This document shows, piece after piece, positions 1 to 12,594 of a stretch of 64,000 nucleotides of DNA. The stretch is taken from the NCBI RefSeq assembly GCF_006345805.1, contig NC_043003.1:57164001-57228000 (forward strand). Direction: 5' to 3'. Position 1 is the first letter of the stretch. The number at the start of each line of letters is the position of its first letter. The position numbers were made by a program, and so were the translations under genes. The stretch is from Octopus sinensis (lineage: Eukaryota). The notes under the pieces were generated by a model, which made no database searches, was not told where the DNA came from, and saw only the letters and a program-made list of their open reading frames with translations.

Positions 1-14
1 CACCACCACCACAA

Positions 15-61
<47 letters not shown>

Positions 62-175
62 ATAATAATAATAATAATAATAATACTGCTACTACTACTA
101 CTACTACTACTACTAATACTGCTCCTGCTGCTGCTACTGCTCCGACTGTTACTACTACTGCTGCTGCTGCTGAAT
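1..175. repeat. Compound trinucleotide microsatellite (CAC/CTA/TAA/CTG)
   Basis: Directly visible tandem triplets. Confidence 0.95.
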
Positions 176-323
176 GTTACCGGAAATGTGCTATAATTGC
201 ATTATCGTGTGTGTTTACTGTTATTATTTAATGAAATAAGAAATGGCTACTTGTCAGTAACTCTTATTTTATCAGCCAACAATAACATTAGTAGCATCAT
301 CATCATCATCATCGTCATCAATG

Positions 324-360
<37 letters not shown>

Positions 361-644
361 CGTCATTACCATCTTTAACAACAACAAACGTTATCGCTAC
401 CAACAAGAAATAATAAACAAAAGCGAAAAAAACATCAAAAGCAACGGCTGCATCAATAACATCGAATACACGAATAACAACCGTTTCATCAACAATGAGA
501 ACACAGCTATGTAAAGGCTCAACATCTGCTAGAAATAGCAGATAATTCACCCTAAAATCACACGTAATTTTCTTAGGAAAAAAAGAAGGCACGTAGGGTA
601 GTGTAGTCAAATTCTTTTATAATTTTATACTTTTGATATTTTAT

Positions 645-830
645 TCTTTTACTTCTTTCTGCCATTAGAAGTTTAGTCAAACGAATCGAGCTCATTATTT
701 TTATTTTTACGCCAGCTAATTATACTATCGGTTTCTTTTACCGAACTGATAAGTCACAGGGACATAAAAAAAAACTACACCGCTTATCAAGCGGTATTGG
801 TGACAAAACTGACAGAGAAACAGACAGACA
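645..830 (-). mobile_element. Degenerate SINE A 3' half
   Basis: Diverged match to the 3' half of intact SINE A copies (tttagtcaaacgaatcga, ttttaccgaactgataagtcacaggga, tcaagcggt). Confidence 0.5.
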
Positions 831-898
831 GACACGGTGCATGAGCACGGTAGACGAAAACTGGAAGCCCGTCATACATACATACATACATACATACA

Positions 899-930
<32 letters not shown>

Positions 931-1017
931 CACACACACACATACATACATACATACATACATAAATACATACATACATGCATACACACATATATATGTG
1001 TGTGTGTGTGTGTGTGT

Positions 1018-1185
1018 GGAGGCACATGGCCTAGTGGTTAGAGCGCCGAACTCGCGGTCGAGAGATTGCGGGTTCGAATCTCAGACCGGGCGATGTGTGT
1101 GTTTATGAGCGAAACACCTAAGCTCCAGCAGAAGGTAATGTCGAACTTCTGCTGACTCTTTCGCCACAACTTTCTCTCACGTTGT
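1018..1185 (+). mobile_element. tRNA-derived SINE, family C (3' truncated)
   Basis: A-box TGGCCTAGTGG and B-box GGTTCGAATC followed by a non-tRNA body; starts right after a (TG)n tract. Confidence 0.75.
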
Positions 1186-1809
1186 GGTCAGAATTTTTGA
1201 AGAAGATGTGTGTGCATTTGTTCAGAGTCTATTCTATATGTCAAAAGAATGGAATAAATACAGTTAATCATACGTCTGCAGGATAAGACATAACATGGGA
1301 GTCAACAAGGACACCAATAACACCATCAATTAAAACGTGCTAAAATGGAAGCTACGTACTGGTCGCTAGTTGTGTTAGATGTAACGGTCATAGTTTTCTC
1401 GAATTACACTTTAATTTAGTAGTAGAATGCATTGGAAACTTTTGCTCAAAATGAGTGATGACGAACCTATGGCAGGCCAGATTTTAGGCTTGGGTGTAGC
1501 ATAGGAAACCACAGAAAGAAAAATCGACCTTCTGTTTATTTATAAGTATTTACCAAAATATTCAAATATATCTACAGATATGTAACATTCTAAAAATTGG
1601 ATTAATAGATAAATTAGAATTTCGACATACTTGCTAAATAAATATTGTTGATTTTATGGTTTCAAATTTCACTTTGCAATAATGTGCTTTCGGAGTCATA
1701 TGTGTATGTGTATGTATATGTGTATGTTTGACTGTATGCTTGTGCGTGTGAATGTGTATGTGTGTTTGTACATATCTATGAGTGTGTGTGTGTATACATA
1801 TCTATATGT

Positions 1810-2010
1810 GTGTCTTTGTGATTCCGTTGTGTTTCTACGCAGCATCCACTTGACAATCGGTGTTGTGTTGTTTACGTCCCTGTAACATATGACCTCGGCA
1901 AGCGAGATCAATGTACTAATTGTCCGGCTTAAAAAAAGGTCGATTTGCTCGGCTAAATCCTTCGAGGCGGTGTCTTTCTATGGTTTCTTTCCAATGATTA
2001 CAACATATAA
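1810..2010 (+). mobile_element. Old SINE A 3' half
   Basis: cttgacaatcggtgttg..tttacgtccctgtaac..ggtcgatttgctcggctaaa..ggcggtg matches the SINE A 3' region. Confidence 0.65.
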
Positions 2011-2430
2011 CAGCTAAAAGATTCAACTGTCCAAGAGACACAATATTCGCAATAAAGAGAGTGATTAAACAACATTGCCATAGGACTGCTAAAAGAAATC
2101 ACCATTGTTCTGAGCAAACATAAAAAACTACAATAATAACTCTAAAACCGGTTGTACTTCTACTTTCGAGATGTTGTATTTATAATAATAGTTTTGTCAT
2201 CGTCGGTGTTGCTAGATTTCGTGAGGTATTGTATGATATTTGGTTGTGTCTAAGGGGATTCGTTACGCGAATATTATTAACACACGCACTATTAGGAATA
2301 TTGCCATAATGGCTCTCCCTAGACACTGCAAAATTCGTTTTAACACTCGAATACACATAAAGAATATGGCGAACTAGATACAAAAACGAAGTATTGTATG
2401 GTATTTCTATTGATATTACTGAGTCTTTGC

Positions 2431-2655
2431 AAAGGCTGCGAGCTTACAAAATAGTTAGCACGCCGGACAAAAGGCTTATCAGTAATTCATTCGTCTTTAC
2501 GTTCTGGGTTCAAATTCCGCCGATATCAGCTTTGCGTTTCGTCCTTTCGGAGTCGATTGAATAAGCAATACCCGAGTATTGCTGTCGATGTAATCGATTA
2601 GCCCCCCACTCTCCCAAATTTGCCGGCCTTGTGCCTATACTAGAAGGGAATACGA
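2431..2655 (+). mobile_element. tRNA-derived SINE B (B2-type tail)
   Basis: Head with gttagcacgcc and B-box ggttcaaattcc, core tcctttcggagtcgat, tail ccttgtgcctatactagaag. Confidence 0.85.
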
Positions 2656-2862
2656 ACTCTTTGCCATTATGGTGGGCATCACTGTCTCCATGAAACCATA
2701 ACAACGATCATCATAACTATCATTTTTACCAACAACAGTTTCAGCGCATGTATATCACTAATATTCAAACTGTACTCTTTTGTTCAGTTTCATCACCGCT
2801 ATTACAAGCCCGTACAAGTATTTTACTATCACAACCATGATTGACGTTATTACTGTCGACGC

Positions 2863-3260
2863 GAAGGCGGTGATCTAGCAGAATCGTTAGCACGCCGGGC
2901 GAAATGCTTAGCAGTATTTCGCCTGCTGCTACGTTCTGAGTTCTAATTCCGCTGAGGTCGACTTTGCCTTTCATCCTTTCGGGGTCGATAAATTAAGTAC
3001 CATTTACGCACTGGGGTCGATGTAATCGACTTAATCCCTTTGTCGGTCCTTGTTTCTCCCCTCTATGTTTATCCCCTTGTGGGCAATAAAGAAATAAGAA
3101 TCTTTAGCACGCTGAACAAAATCCTTACCAGCATTTTGTAATCTTTACATTCTGAGTTCAAATTCCGCCGTGTCAACTTTACATTTCATTCTTTCAGGGT
3201 TGACAAAATAACTACCAGCTGAACTCTGGAGTCGATGTAATCGACTTAAATCGCTTGGCG
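2863..3260 (+). mobile_element. SINE B dimer: full B1 copy joined to a head-less older copy
   Basis: Complete B1 ends aataaagaaataagaatc and runs directly into tttagcacgc..gagttcaaattccgcc of a second unit. Confidence 0.85.
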
Positions 3261-3304
3261 TGTGCAAAATTTTTAAAACATTATCATACATTTGTGTAAG
3301 ACGA

Positions 3305-3495
3305 TGAAATAGCAGAACGTAAAGCCCGAGGAAATGCTTGGCAGCTTTTCGCCCGGTTGTACGTTGTGAATTCAAATCCTGCCCAGGTCATCTTTGCCCT
3401 TATCCTTTCGGGGATAAGTACCAATCGAGCATTGGAGTCGATATAACTGACTAAACTCCTTCTCCAAAATTGCAATCTTTGTACTTGTTAGCAGA
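3305..3495 (+). mobile_element. Degenerate SINE B
   Basis: gaaatgcttggcag..gaattcaaatcc..tcctttcgggga..ggagtcgatataactgac. Confidence 0.7.
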
Positions 3496-3599
3496 AGGGT
3501 TTATTACTGTCAACATAACAAATCATACTGCAACACTCCGACCATGTCCACCACCATCAAAATTTCCCAACGTCTTTGTCATCGTTATTAGCACTACCT

Positions 3600-3945
3600 A
3601 TAATAATGTCACAAATGAGGGAGTGAAAAGATGAATATGGCAGGCAATATATATTACTACGAGGAACTTCTTACCACGATAAAGAAACGCAAACTCAGGT
3701 GGTTTGAACAAAGCAACCGCTCATCTGGGATGGCCAAAACAATACTTCAGGGAACAGTCAAAGGTGGAAGACACAGAGGCAGACAGAAAAAGAGGTAGGA
3801 AAACAACATTTGTGAGTGGAGAGGACTAAGGATGAGAGAGGCAGTGCGAGAGGCAGAAGACAAAGATGGGTGGGGGGATGCGGGTGAAAAGTCATCTGTA
3901 GTGCCCAAACGATCAGCCAGACTACGTGATATGCAAATAATAATT
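3600..3945 (+). mobile_element. RTE-clade LINE 3' fragment (decayed ORF2 C-terminus)
   Basis: Translates as YEELLTTIKKRKLRWF..SSGMAKTILQGTVKGGRHRGRQKKR*ENNICEW, the typical RTE C-terminus (RKLxWFGH / GxVxGxRxRGR), with a stop and a frameshift. Confidence 0.85.
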
Positions 3946-4119
3946 AGTATTATTACTATTACCATCATCACTACCACCATTACATAAGAACCACCACAAT
4001 CAATAACATCCAGATATATATTACTACGAACAATCACAATAAACATCAGTAACCATCCTATTCAACATTAAAGCCTTTCGCTTATTCCTTCCCCTCCACC
4101 GATTTTTTGCTTTTATTTT

Positions 4120-4913
4120 TTCTTTATTTCAGTCATTAGACTGCGACTATGCTGAGGCACCACCTTGAAGAATTTTTAATCGAATGAATCGACACCATAA
4201 ATTATCCCATAAATAATGCGGTTTTGTTTTTCAATTGCATGAACTAAAAGTCACAGGGGACGGGATAAACTACTTACATCAGCTTGCTATAAAAGCTGGT
4301 AGCAATTTTAGCTTGTTCTTATTCTTGTACCTTGTATATTACGTCAGGTCACTTTCGAGTGCTACTGGTAACATGTTACCCAGTACAACCTGTTGCATGG
4401 TCGGGTCGTCGGCGACTAAACCGGCAACCCCACCAAGCTTGCTTGGTGAGGAGGGCGTTTATTGGACACCCTGCGGGATAAAAAAACAAAACCCGTCAAA
4501 AGGCGCAGGAATTCTTGAGAGTCAACGGTCAACCAATAAATGTCTTAAGGATGTATCATGCGCGGGAACATAGAAATAATCGGACTGAATACCCGATCGC
4601 GCGGTTAAACCATTGGGAGTGAAGGACTCCTAGACTTTGTTAGGGCATCCTTCTAGGAGATGGTAACTCAGGTAACTGGGATAACTCCGACATAAAACCT
4701 GCGGCTAAGTGGTTACCGATGATGTTGACTTGTTCTTCTTTTCGGATTATGGCTGCTGTTGCTTAGTGAGTGGGATTGACACAGTGCACAGCCTTTCCTC
4801 ACTTTAAAAAAAATCTTCTTGCACAGGCATTGCACGATAACAACATTGATTAAGCTTTGTGCAATGGCCATACTCGATAATGAGGGGGCAGCCACTATAT
4901 ATATATTATATAT

Positions 4914-4995
<82 letters not shown>

Positions 4996-5205
4996 ATGTA
5001 TGTATGTATGTATGTATGTATGCATGTATGTATAAACGACGAGCTTCTTTCAGATTCCGTCTCCCAATCCACTTACAAGGCTTTGGTTGACTCGAGGTCA
5101 CAGTAGAAGACACCTGGCCAACGTTGCACACAGTGGGACTGAAACCAGAAGCATGTGGCTTAGAAGCAAACTTCTTACCACACAGCCACATATTTGGCCT
5201 GCGTT
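4120..5205 (-). mobile_element. SINE A split by an insertion near its internal microsatellite
   Basis: 3' tail at about 4120-4195 and 5' half at about 5035-5205 (cttctttcagattccgtct..ttaccacacagcc). Confidence 0.75.
4341..4895 (+). mobile_element. Unit-length non-coding element E, copy 1 (RTE 5'-UTR-like motif)
   Basis: Colinear end to end with 60402-60887; contains gggcatccttctaggagatggtaactc, which resembles RTE 5'-UTR motifs (inference); extra segment near 4770-4835. Confidence 0.75.
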
Positions 5206-5499
5206 AAGATACGTTTACATGGTAGTTCCACCTATTAGAAACAATCCGACAAAAAAGAAAAAAAAATGTGAATTTGAGGAATAGCCTTTTGTCCAGCCAT
5301 ACCTTATCTAAGCATTATATATCTCCTCCATGGTTGATGTCATGCAACTCTGAGGAATGAAATTGCACTATTCTGGAAGTATAATTCTTGTGTGTTAAAT
5401 ATTTATTCCACAATATGTGTCAGGTTCTGCTTTATTTTGATTATCGTTGATTATCCTGTATTTAATATCACTTGAAATATTGTTGGCGATGTGGCTGTT

Positions 5500-5512
5500 G
5501 GATATAATGTCG

Positions 5513-5547
<35 letters not shown>

Positions 5548-5830
5548 GATGCTGCTGCTACTGCAACTGCTATGGCTACCACCTCTACTACTACAACCAC
5601 CACCACCATCACAACCACCACCACAGTACTAGTACTACTGCTGCTGCTGCTACTGCTACTAGCTCTACTGCTAGAACCAACACCACCACCACCACCACTA
5701 ATAATACTAATACTAATACTACTACTAATGCTACTACTGCTGCAGCTACGATCACTACAGCATCAACAACAACAACTACTACTACTACTACTACTACTAT
5801 TTGCCGCTGCAACTATTCTTATCATTATTG
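5500..5830. repeat. Compound CTA/CTG/CCA/CAA trinucleotide tract
   Basis: Directly visible. Confidence 0.9.
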
Positions 5831-6552
5831 CTGTTGTTTTTGCTAGTTGAAGTACTTGTTGCTGCGGCTGTTGTGGTAGTACTGTTTCAACCGCTATCAT
5901 AACTTCTCTTACGCACACACATACATCTAAGGACGGCCATATTTGATTATATTTGATTATCTTTGAAGAATATGTTTGTTATAGCATTGATTATGGCTAA
6001 AAGCATCATCGCAGAAACAGCTATTAATGCTAGTTACAGACTGTATAATAAGAGGCCCATGTTAGCCGTGGATTATTACAGAACTTAATTGAATGTAATC
6101 GGCATTGAATGAATATTTGCAACACTCTACAGAACTACAGAATCAGCGTAAGCATAGAATAACTAAATAACTAAATAAATAAATACAGTAAAAGCAAAGG
6201 CATTGGAAGCTGAATTGATATCGTGAAAAAAAAAAAGCGATATGAATTTTGTCATTTATGCTACTATTTCAAAAATATGGTTGATTCATCAGTGTCGTCT
6301 GATGATTTACAGTTATAACAAGAAACTATTAGTACCCACTAGCGACATTATATCCAATAGCAACGTCTGTGGTTTGATTTACTTTATCCATACGCATAAC
6401 TCTGCGCATTTGCGTCGCGTTATATATATTCTGTATACAGTGATCAAACCTACCATGATTTATAAACTTCTATAGTGAACAATGAGTTGATTAAGTAATT
6501 TTCATTCACGAGTTTTTGGTGTAGCACTGGGCAAATTTCTTATTGAAGATTA

Positions 6553-6759
6553 GGAGGGGGTGCTGTAAAGTTCCTGGCTTTAAGGGTGTCGCCAAAGGCC
6601 TGGTTGGAGACCCAACATTCCGAGTTTTTTTACAGGGCTTAGAAAAAGTTACAGACCGCTGCAATAAGTATAAATCAGAGAGGTGAAAATGTTGACTAAA
6701 ATAATAATTTACTAATCCCCCTGTACATTCTTTTACCCAAACTTTTCAGTCCCGCCTCG
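6553..6759 (+). mobile_element. Mariner-derived MITE (207 bp)
   Basis: TA|GGAGGGGGTGCTGTAAAGTT ... AACTTTTCAGTCCCGCCTCG|TA inverted ends; the interior keeps a frameshifted mariner C-terminus (..GLEKLQ.RCNK..NQRGENVD*). Confidence 0.8.
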
Positions 6760-7229
6760 TATGCATTTACATGCATTTATACCACTACGCTGAGTATGCA
6801 TTTATACTACTTAGAGTGCTGAAAAAAATATACTCGACTCCTTCCATTAATCTGCTCATCATTAAACTACTGTAGAAAACTGAAGAACTGGTACATGCTC
6901 AGAAGCTGCATTGTTGTGACCAAATGAAACATCGATTTAATATCAGATTAAAGCATGACTCTGCATCCCCAATATTTAAGACCGTCGAACATTATGAAAT
7001 AGGTCCTTCAAGTTAGCTAACGTCGAATTCCTGAATTTTTTTTTTTTTATTTTCAAAATTAAGTCAAAATTGAGCAAAAAGTCATTTTTCCGATAAACCA
7101 ATGAATTTATAATGAAATACACAATATACATAAGAAATAAGCTCTTAAATGAATTAAACTCTAAAGCAAAAGACCTGTCGTACACAAGTATTGAGGACAA
7201 CGGGCGTATTTTTACTCCTAACCTTAGCT

Positions 7230-8750
7230 ATAGCTTAACTGAATTAAACCTGAGAGAAAATTTTGAACAAGTTTAAGAACAGCATTTAAAAGTAACCAAT
7301 CTGCAACGGATTGATAATAATTCTGTTATCAATTGATTCAATAATATCAGTAATAAGTATGTTTATCGATCCACGTCATTTGAGATTGCTGAAACTTATA
7401 CCTTAATCGCTAATAACAGGGAACTGTTATCCAACATCGTAGGTCCTGCATAAAACTAAAACATAGATAATAATGATAAAGAGACTTTTTATGCATTTTA
7501 GTAAAACGTTACTTTTTATAACGATTTCGCCACGGAAACAGATCTCAGCCCACTACATCTATTCATACCAATATAGAGTTGTATGAAAGCATAAAACTAT
7601 CTGACTTCAAAAGATTATGCATCTTACCAAGAAATTTCCAACAATATGTTAGGCCTGTATAGAGATGACTTCTTAGCTTTATCAAAAAGAACAAATGGAC
7701 GCAACTTAGTCACATAGGGAATGTGTTTAGCGCGTACATTTAGTACTTAAATATAACGTTAAAATCTGAGAGATAACTTTTATCATGCCATTCAAAATCT
7801 CCGAGAACAAAATCTTTAAGAACCTCAATGAAAAATGCACATATATTACAATGGAATCATAGCATCTCACATGATTTTTAAAGAACCTCTTCTATAGCAT
7901 GAGTAGGGAGACTATCACTGATTCCCAAATGAAAATCTTTTGATAGAGCAGAATCCTTCCACTATAATGACGCCTCGCTAACTAGCTCATGCAAAGATTA
8001 AGTTGCAAGATCATTTTAATTGCAAGTCATCCAAAAATAAGAAAAGCATGCTACAAGATGTTAATTCTTAACACTTACCTATGAACTTCATACTGACCTC
8101 TAAGCATGTAGTTTAACAGGCACAATCTTAAATTAAGTTGCTGTAATTCCTCTGATACGAAGACCACCTAACAAACACGGTCAGCAAAAACATTAATATA
8201 TGTGTAATACTGAGTCTTCCATGATAATACCTATAATTTATGAAGTACATTCCTTGTGTAAAATTTAACTTCAGTATATCACGTAACAGAAACATAGGCA
8301 TCACTGGAGAAAAATTGAAGTAAAAGTAAATTATACGTCTTTTTTTTAGACATGCAAAAGAAATCGATCGATAAAACTATGTCTAGAAATTAACAGGAAA
8401 AGATTTTTCTTGGTCATAGCCACACTAATCCTGTATTAAATCGTTTGCTTTAAATAATTTTTTAAAAAGAAAATGCTTCTGGTGTGGTGCATGACTTTTA
8501 CATGATATATTTTACTTTCTCTTAAAAGTGCAATGGATCATAAAAGTACATAATACGGTATAAAAATTACAAATTAAAAATAAAGTGAGTAAACTGTGAA
8601 AAAAAAAAGCTGCAGCAATAAAGAGGGAATTACTGAGCTTCCAATGCCTTACAGTAACGGTAACAAAAAAGCTTGATTTTCGCTTAAAAGTAGGAAAAAG
8701 GAAACCAGCTATTCAAAAAATCTCTAAAAGACATGAAAGCAGTATTAATT
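7230..8750 (+). pseudogene. Decayed Penelope-like element ORF (RT + GIY-YIG)
   Basis: GLYRDDFLA at 7652-7678 (PLE YxDD context), FEIAETY resembling FDIxxFY, downstream YITMES*H resembling YIHxxSNH, and a C-terminal PYSNG motif; many stops and frameshifts. Confidence 0.65.
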
Positions 8751-8759
8751 CTGGCGAGT

Positions 8760-9460
8760 GGTATTTCATACCACCTAAACGGGGTTGTCCCCTAGGAACC
8801 GACGATACTGCTATTTGTAACCCCAGGAGGACACCTCCTCCAGCTGATTAAGCAGTGCACTCTGCATTCAATATATATGACAAGCAGAGAGAGAGAGATC
8901 CCTACTATTTTAGCCCCGAGACCATCAGACCGTACGGTTTCATCCTTGTTATGGTCATAATCGGTGATAGATACTCGTCCGCTAGATACAACAGTTGTTT
9001 ACTCCAGCTCGCAATACATAGAAAAATAAGTGACACACAGGTGCCTTCAAGGGGTATAAAATAGCGGTATCAACGATTCCTAGGGAACAGGTGTGTTTAG
9101 GTAGCGTTAAACACTACTTTTCTGTTTGAATACTGTTTCCATCTTTGTTTTCTTGAGTTGCTAGTCGTTGTTTGTTGCGAGATCAGTGATTGCCTGTCAC
9201 GTATTTTTCTCTATATTGTGAGCTGGATTGAACTACTGTTATGTCTAGCCGACAAATATCCATCAGCAAGGATGATCATAAGAAGGTCGAAACCGTAAGG
9301 TCTGATAGTCTCGGGGCTACAATAGTAGTTAGTTCTCTCCCCGCTTGCAATATATATCGAATGCAGAGTGCACTGCATAACTAGCTTGAAGTGGTATCCT
9401 ACTGGGCTGAAAAATAGCAGTATCGTCGCTTTATATGGAACAGCAGTGTTAAGATGGTGT
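8760..9460. repeat. Diverged inverted repeat of PLE pseudo-LTR units with degenerate hammerhead motifs
   Basis: About 8800-9030 is the reverse complement of about 9190-9430 (shared atgcagagtgcactgc, gacgatactgctattt, tagccccgagac); a third partial copy lies at about 9030-9115. Confidence 0.8.
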
Positions 9461-9589
9461 TAGAGACTATTTTCAGAAGAAAAAACTCTTTCTCAAAACA
9501 AGAGATAGATGGCAGAATAGAGAAGGAAAAATAGAAAACCTTCATAACATCTATTTGAGAATCAGATAAGAGTAATTTTGGACGGCGCA

Positions 9590-9669
9590 GACTTTCTGAT
9601 GAGAATCTGTTACATAGCTGGACTTTGCTACCGTCCCCTCCACACAGACTCGAATGTACTGGCAGAGTT
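9590..9669 (+). ncRNA. Degenerate type I hammerhead ribozyme relic
   Basis: gacttt-CTGATGA-gaatctgt..acagactc-GAAT-gtac-tggc-agagtt: helix I 6 bp, helix II 7 of 8 bp, exact CUGAUGA core, damaged GAAA and helix III. Confidence 0.5.
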
Positions 9670-10204
9670 CACTTCTCGAACTTTTCGCTTTCTTACACTT
9701 CGATTTTCGCTATTTTTTCACATGTTCGCAACTCATTCTCTGTTCCTAATGTATTGACGTCTCTTCTCTGTTTTGTTCAATTAAACTGGCTATCGGTGAA
9801 AGTTGATCCAGTTTGACTTGCAATTATAATGTTTACGAAGAAATGCTTTGTATTCAAACAATGAAAGCTACTGTTACAGAAAACAATACCTATAAATTAA
9901 AGAGGAGGAAAACAATGTTGAATTTCTCCTTTGAAAAGCTATTCAGTGTATCAATATACAAAGTTCTTGCAGTCGTTGGTCCTAAGAATGTTATTCTTGT
10001 TAAATGAAAATCAAAATAAGCTACATTAAATTTAACTGACAATTGCTTGCAACATTTCATTGCCTAATTTATCAAGAGAAATGATATGCCAGAATGATAG
10101 CAAGTTTTAAAGTAGCTTGCTTGTAATTGGTTTAATCATCAAGTTCTTAAACCGTTTCAACCTCCCATTACCCAGGTGTGTGTGCGTCTATGTATATACT
10201 GATT

Positions 10205-10238
<34 letters not shown>

Positions 10239-10244
10239 ATATAT

Positions 10245-10476
10245 ATTTCTTTACTACCCACAAGGGGCTAAACACAGAGGGGACATACAAGAACAGGCAA
10301 ACGGATAAAGTCGATTACATCGACCCCAGTTCGTAACTGGTACTTAATTTATCGACCCCGAAAGGATGAGAGGCAAAGTCGACCTCGGCGGAATTTGAAC
10401 TCAGAACGTAACGGCAGCTGAAATACGGCTACGCATTTCGCCCGGCGTTCTAACGTTTCTGCCAGCTCGCCGCCTT
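10245..10476 (-). mobile_element. SINE B (B1), full length
   Basis: On minus: aaggcggcgagctggcagaaacgttag..gagttcaaattccgccgaggtcgac..gtgggtagtaaagaaat. Confidence 0.92.
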
Positions 10477-10482
10477 TATATT

Positions 10483-10518
<36 letters not shown>

Positions 10519-10674
10519 AACACAGACAACCACATCAGATAGAGACATAGATAGATAGACAGACAGACAGACACACACACACACACAGGCAAACATATAG
10601 ATAGACAGACAGACAGGCAGAGAGACAGACAGACAGGCAGACAGACAGACAGGCAGATAGACAGACAGACAGAC

Positions 10675-10749
<75 letters not shown>

Positions 10750-10750
10750 G
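10477..10750. repeat. Compound microsatellite (TA)>(CA)>(GACA)>(GATA)n
   Basis: Directly visible. Confidence 0.95.
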
Positions 10751-11054
10751 AAACTGAAACCAATAGGTATTCACTGCGGCAAACGAAAAAATATTTTCCT
10801 TTATAGACTTAGTGTTAATAAACATCAAGCCGAGCACCAGATAGCATCCGCTAACTGCTTGACATAATGTTTGATCGTCATTTTACATCTTCAGTGGCTG
10901 ATACCTACTTGTTATTTCTCATCTACTCCCATTTTTTTCGAATGACTTTCTTTCAGGAATGTGGAGACTAGTTGCTGGTACATATTATTCTTGCTCGAAC
11001 GCTATGTCGCTTTACCGTATTTATGTATCATTGTTATTGTTATTATAATCCTTT

Positions 11055-12594
11055 CTTTACCCTTTTACTTGTTTCAGTCATTTGACTACGGCCATGCTGG
11101 AGCAACGCCTTTAGTCGAGAAAATCGACCCCAGAACTTATTCTTGGTAAGCTTAGTACTTATTCTATTCTATCGGTCTCTTTTGCCGAACCGCTAGGTTA
11201 CGGGGACGCAAACACACCAGCATTGGTTGTCAAGCGATGTTGGGGTGACAAACACAGACACACAAACAACACACACACACACTCACACACACACACACAT
11301 ATATATATATACATACATATATATATATATCCTTAAATCCTTAAATCCTTAAAAATGTTTAGCCCGAAGGCCGCGGCCATGCTGGGGCACCACCGCTGAA
11401 TGAGCTACACTAGTTTGTGAATCCACCTCTGATACGTGGCACTTGATCAACAAGGGAGTTCGATGCTGCTTCCCACATCCGTGTCTCCTGTCGTGAGGTA
11501 GGTTCATCTGGGACTCCCAACAAGAAGAGATCCAGTTTAGTTTTAAAGAACCCACATCCACACCATGTAAGTCTCTCAGGCATTTAGGGAGGATGTTAAA
11601 GAGCTGTGGTCCTCTGAAACCCAAGCTGTTGCAGTATCTGGACCTGTATTTTGATGGTGATGTTGAATCCTTGGCACCACGCAGCGGCGCCCCGTTCTGC
11701 GGTTGAAGTAACTTTGAATGCCAAAGTTTGGGACAAGACCCTCCAGGATTTTCCAGATGTATATCACTGCATATCTCTCCCGCCTCCGCTCCAGGGAGAA
11801 GAGGTTTAATACCTTCAGTCTTTCCCAGTAGCTGACATTTTGCATTGAGACGATTTTCTTTGTGTAGCTTCTCTGAGTTGCTTCGAGTTCTGCTGTTTGT
11901 TTTATATTGTGTGGTGACCAAAGTTGGGAGCAGTAGTCCAAGCGGCTGAGGACAAATGTTTTCCATAGGACCATCAGTGTCTCCTTCTCTCTTGTTCTGA
12001 AAGTTCGGAGAATCCATCCAGCTAGCCGTCTGCATTTTATCACCAGATTAGCAATATGCATTTGGAAAGATGCATCATTGCTCATGTCAATGCCCAGGTC
12101 ACGCACTGATTTTGACTCAGGGATTGCAATTCTTCCTGGGCCAGTGTATCCAGTCTTCACGTCATTTACCTTTGTGTGCCAGTAGCGCAGGGCCTGGAAC
12201 TTACCTGCATTAAACTGCATGTTGTTGTCCTCAGCCCACCTGTATATTGTGTCCAGCTCATGTTGCAGATGCGCAATATTTTCAGGGTTTTGTATTGCGT
12301 GGGAGACTTTTGTGTCATCTGCATAGCTAGCAAGGGTGGTCATCGTAGCAACTGAAGGCATGTCTGAAAGGGCCACTATGAACATCAGTGGCCCCAAGAC
12401 AGTGCCCTGTGGGACACCGCTTGTTATTTGCGTTTCCCTGGAGGTGGCTCCATTGCTCACAACTGCCTGTTTTCTGTCTTTTCTGTTTTCTGTATACATA
12501 TATACGACGGTCTTCTTTTAGTTTCCGTCTACCAATTCCACTCACAAGGCTTTAGTCGGCCCGAGGCTATAGTAGAAGACACTAGCCCAAGGTG
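11055..12594 (-). mobile_element. SINE A split by a LINE
   Basis: 3' half at 11055-11270, microsatellite, LINE, then tatacgacggtcttcttttagtttccgtctacc..gaagacactagcccaaggtg (5' part, truncated). Confidence 0.9.
11331..12492 (-). mobile_element. 5'-truncated CR1/L2-group LINE: RT C-terminal half, 3' UTR and (GGATTTAA)-type tail
   Basis: ORF 11576-12499: SGVPQGTVLGP, YADD, SRLDYCSQLWSP, LFSLERRR; two frameshifts near the C-terminus; 3' end taaacatttttaaggatttaaggatttaagg. Confidence 0.95.

Noticed and set aside
1018-1095. tRNA gene (and other A/B-box heads)
   Set aside because: No closed acceptor stem, and each head runs into a repeated SINE body.
6299-6345. CTGATGA...GAAAC hammerhead-like spacing
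   Set aside because: Helices I and II cannot form.
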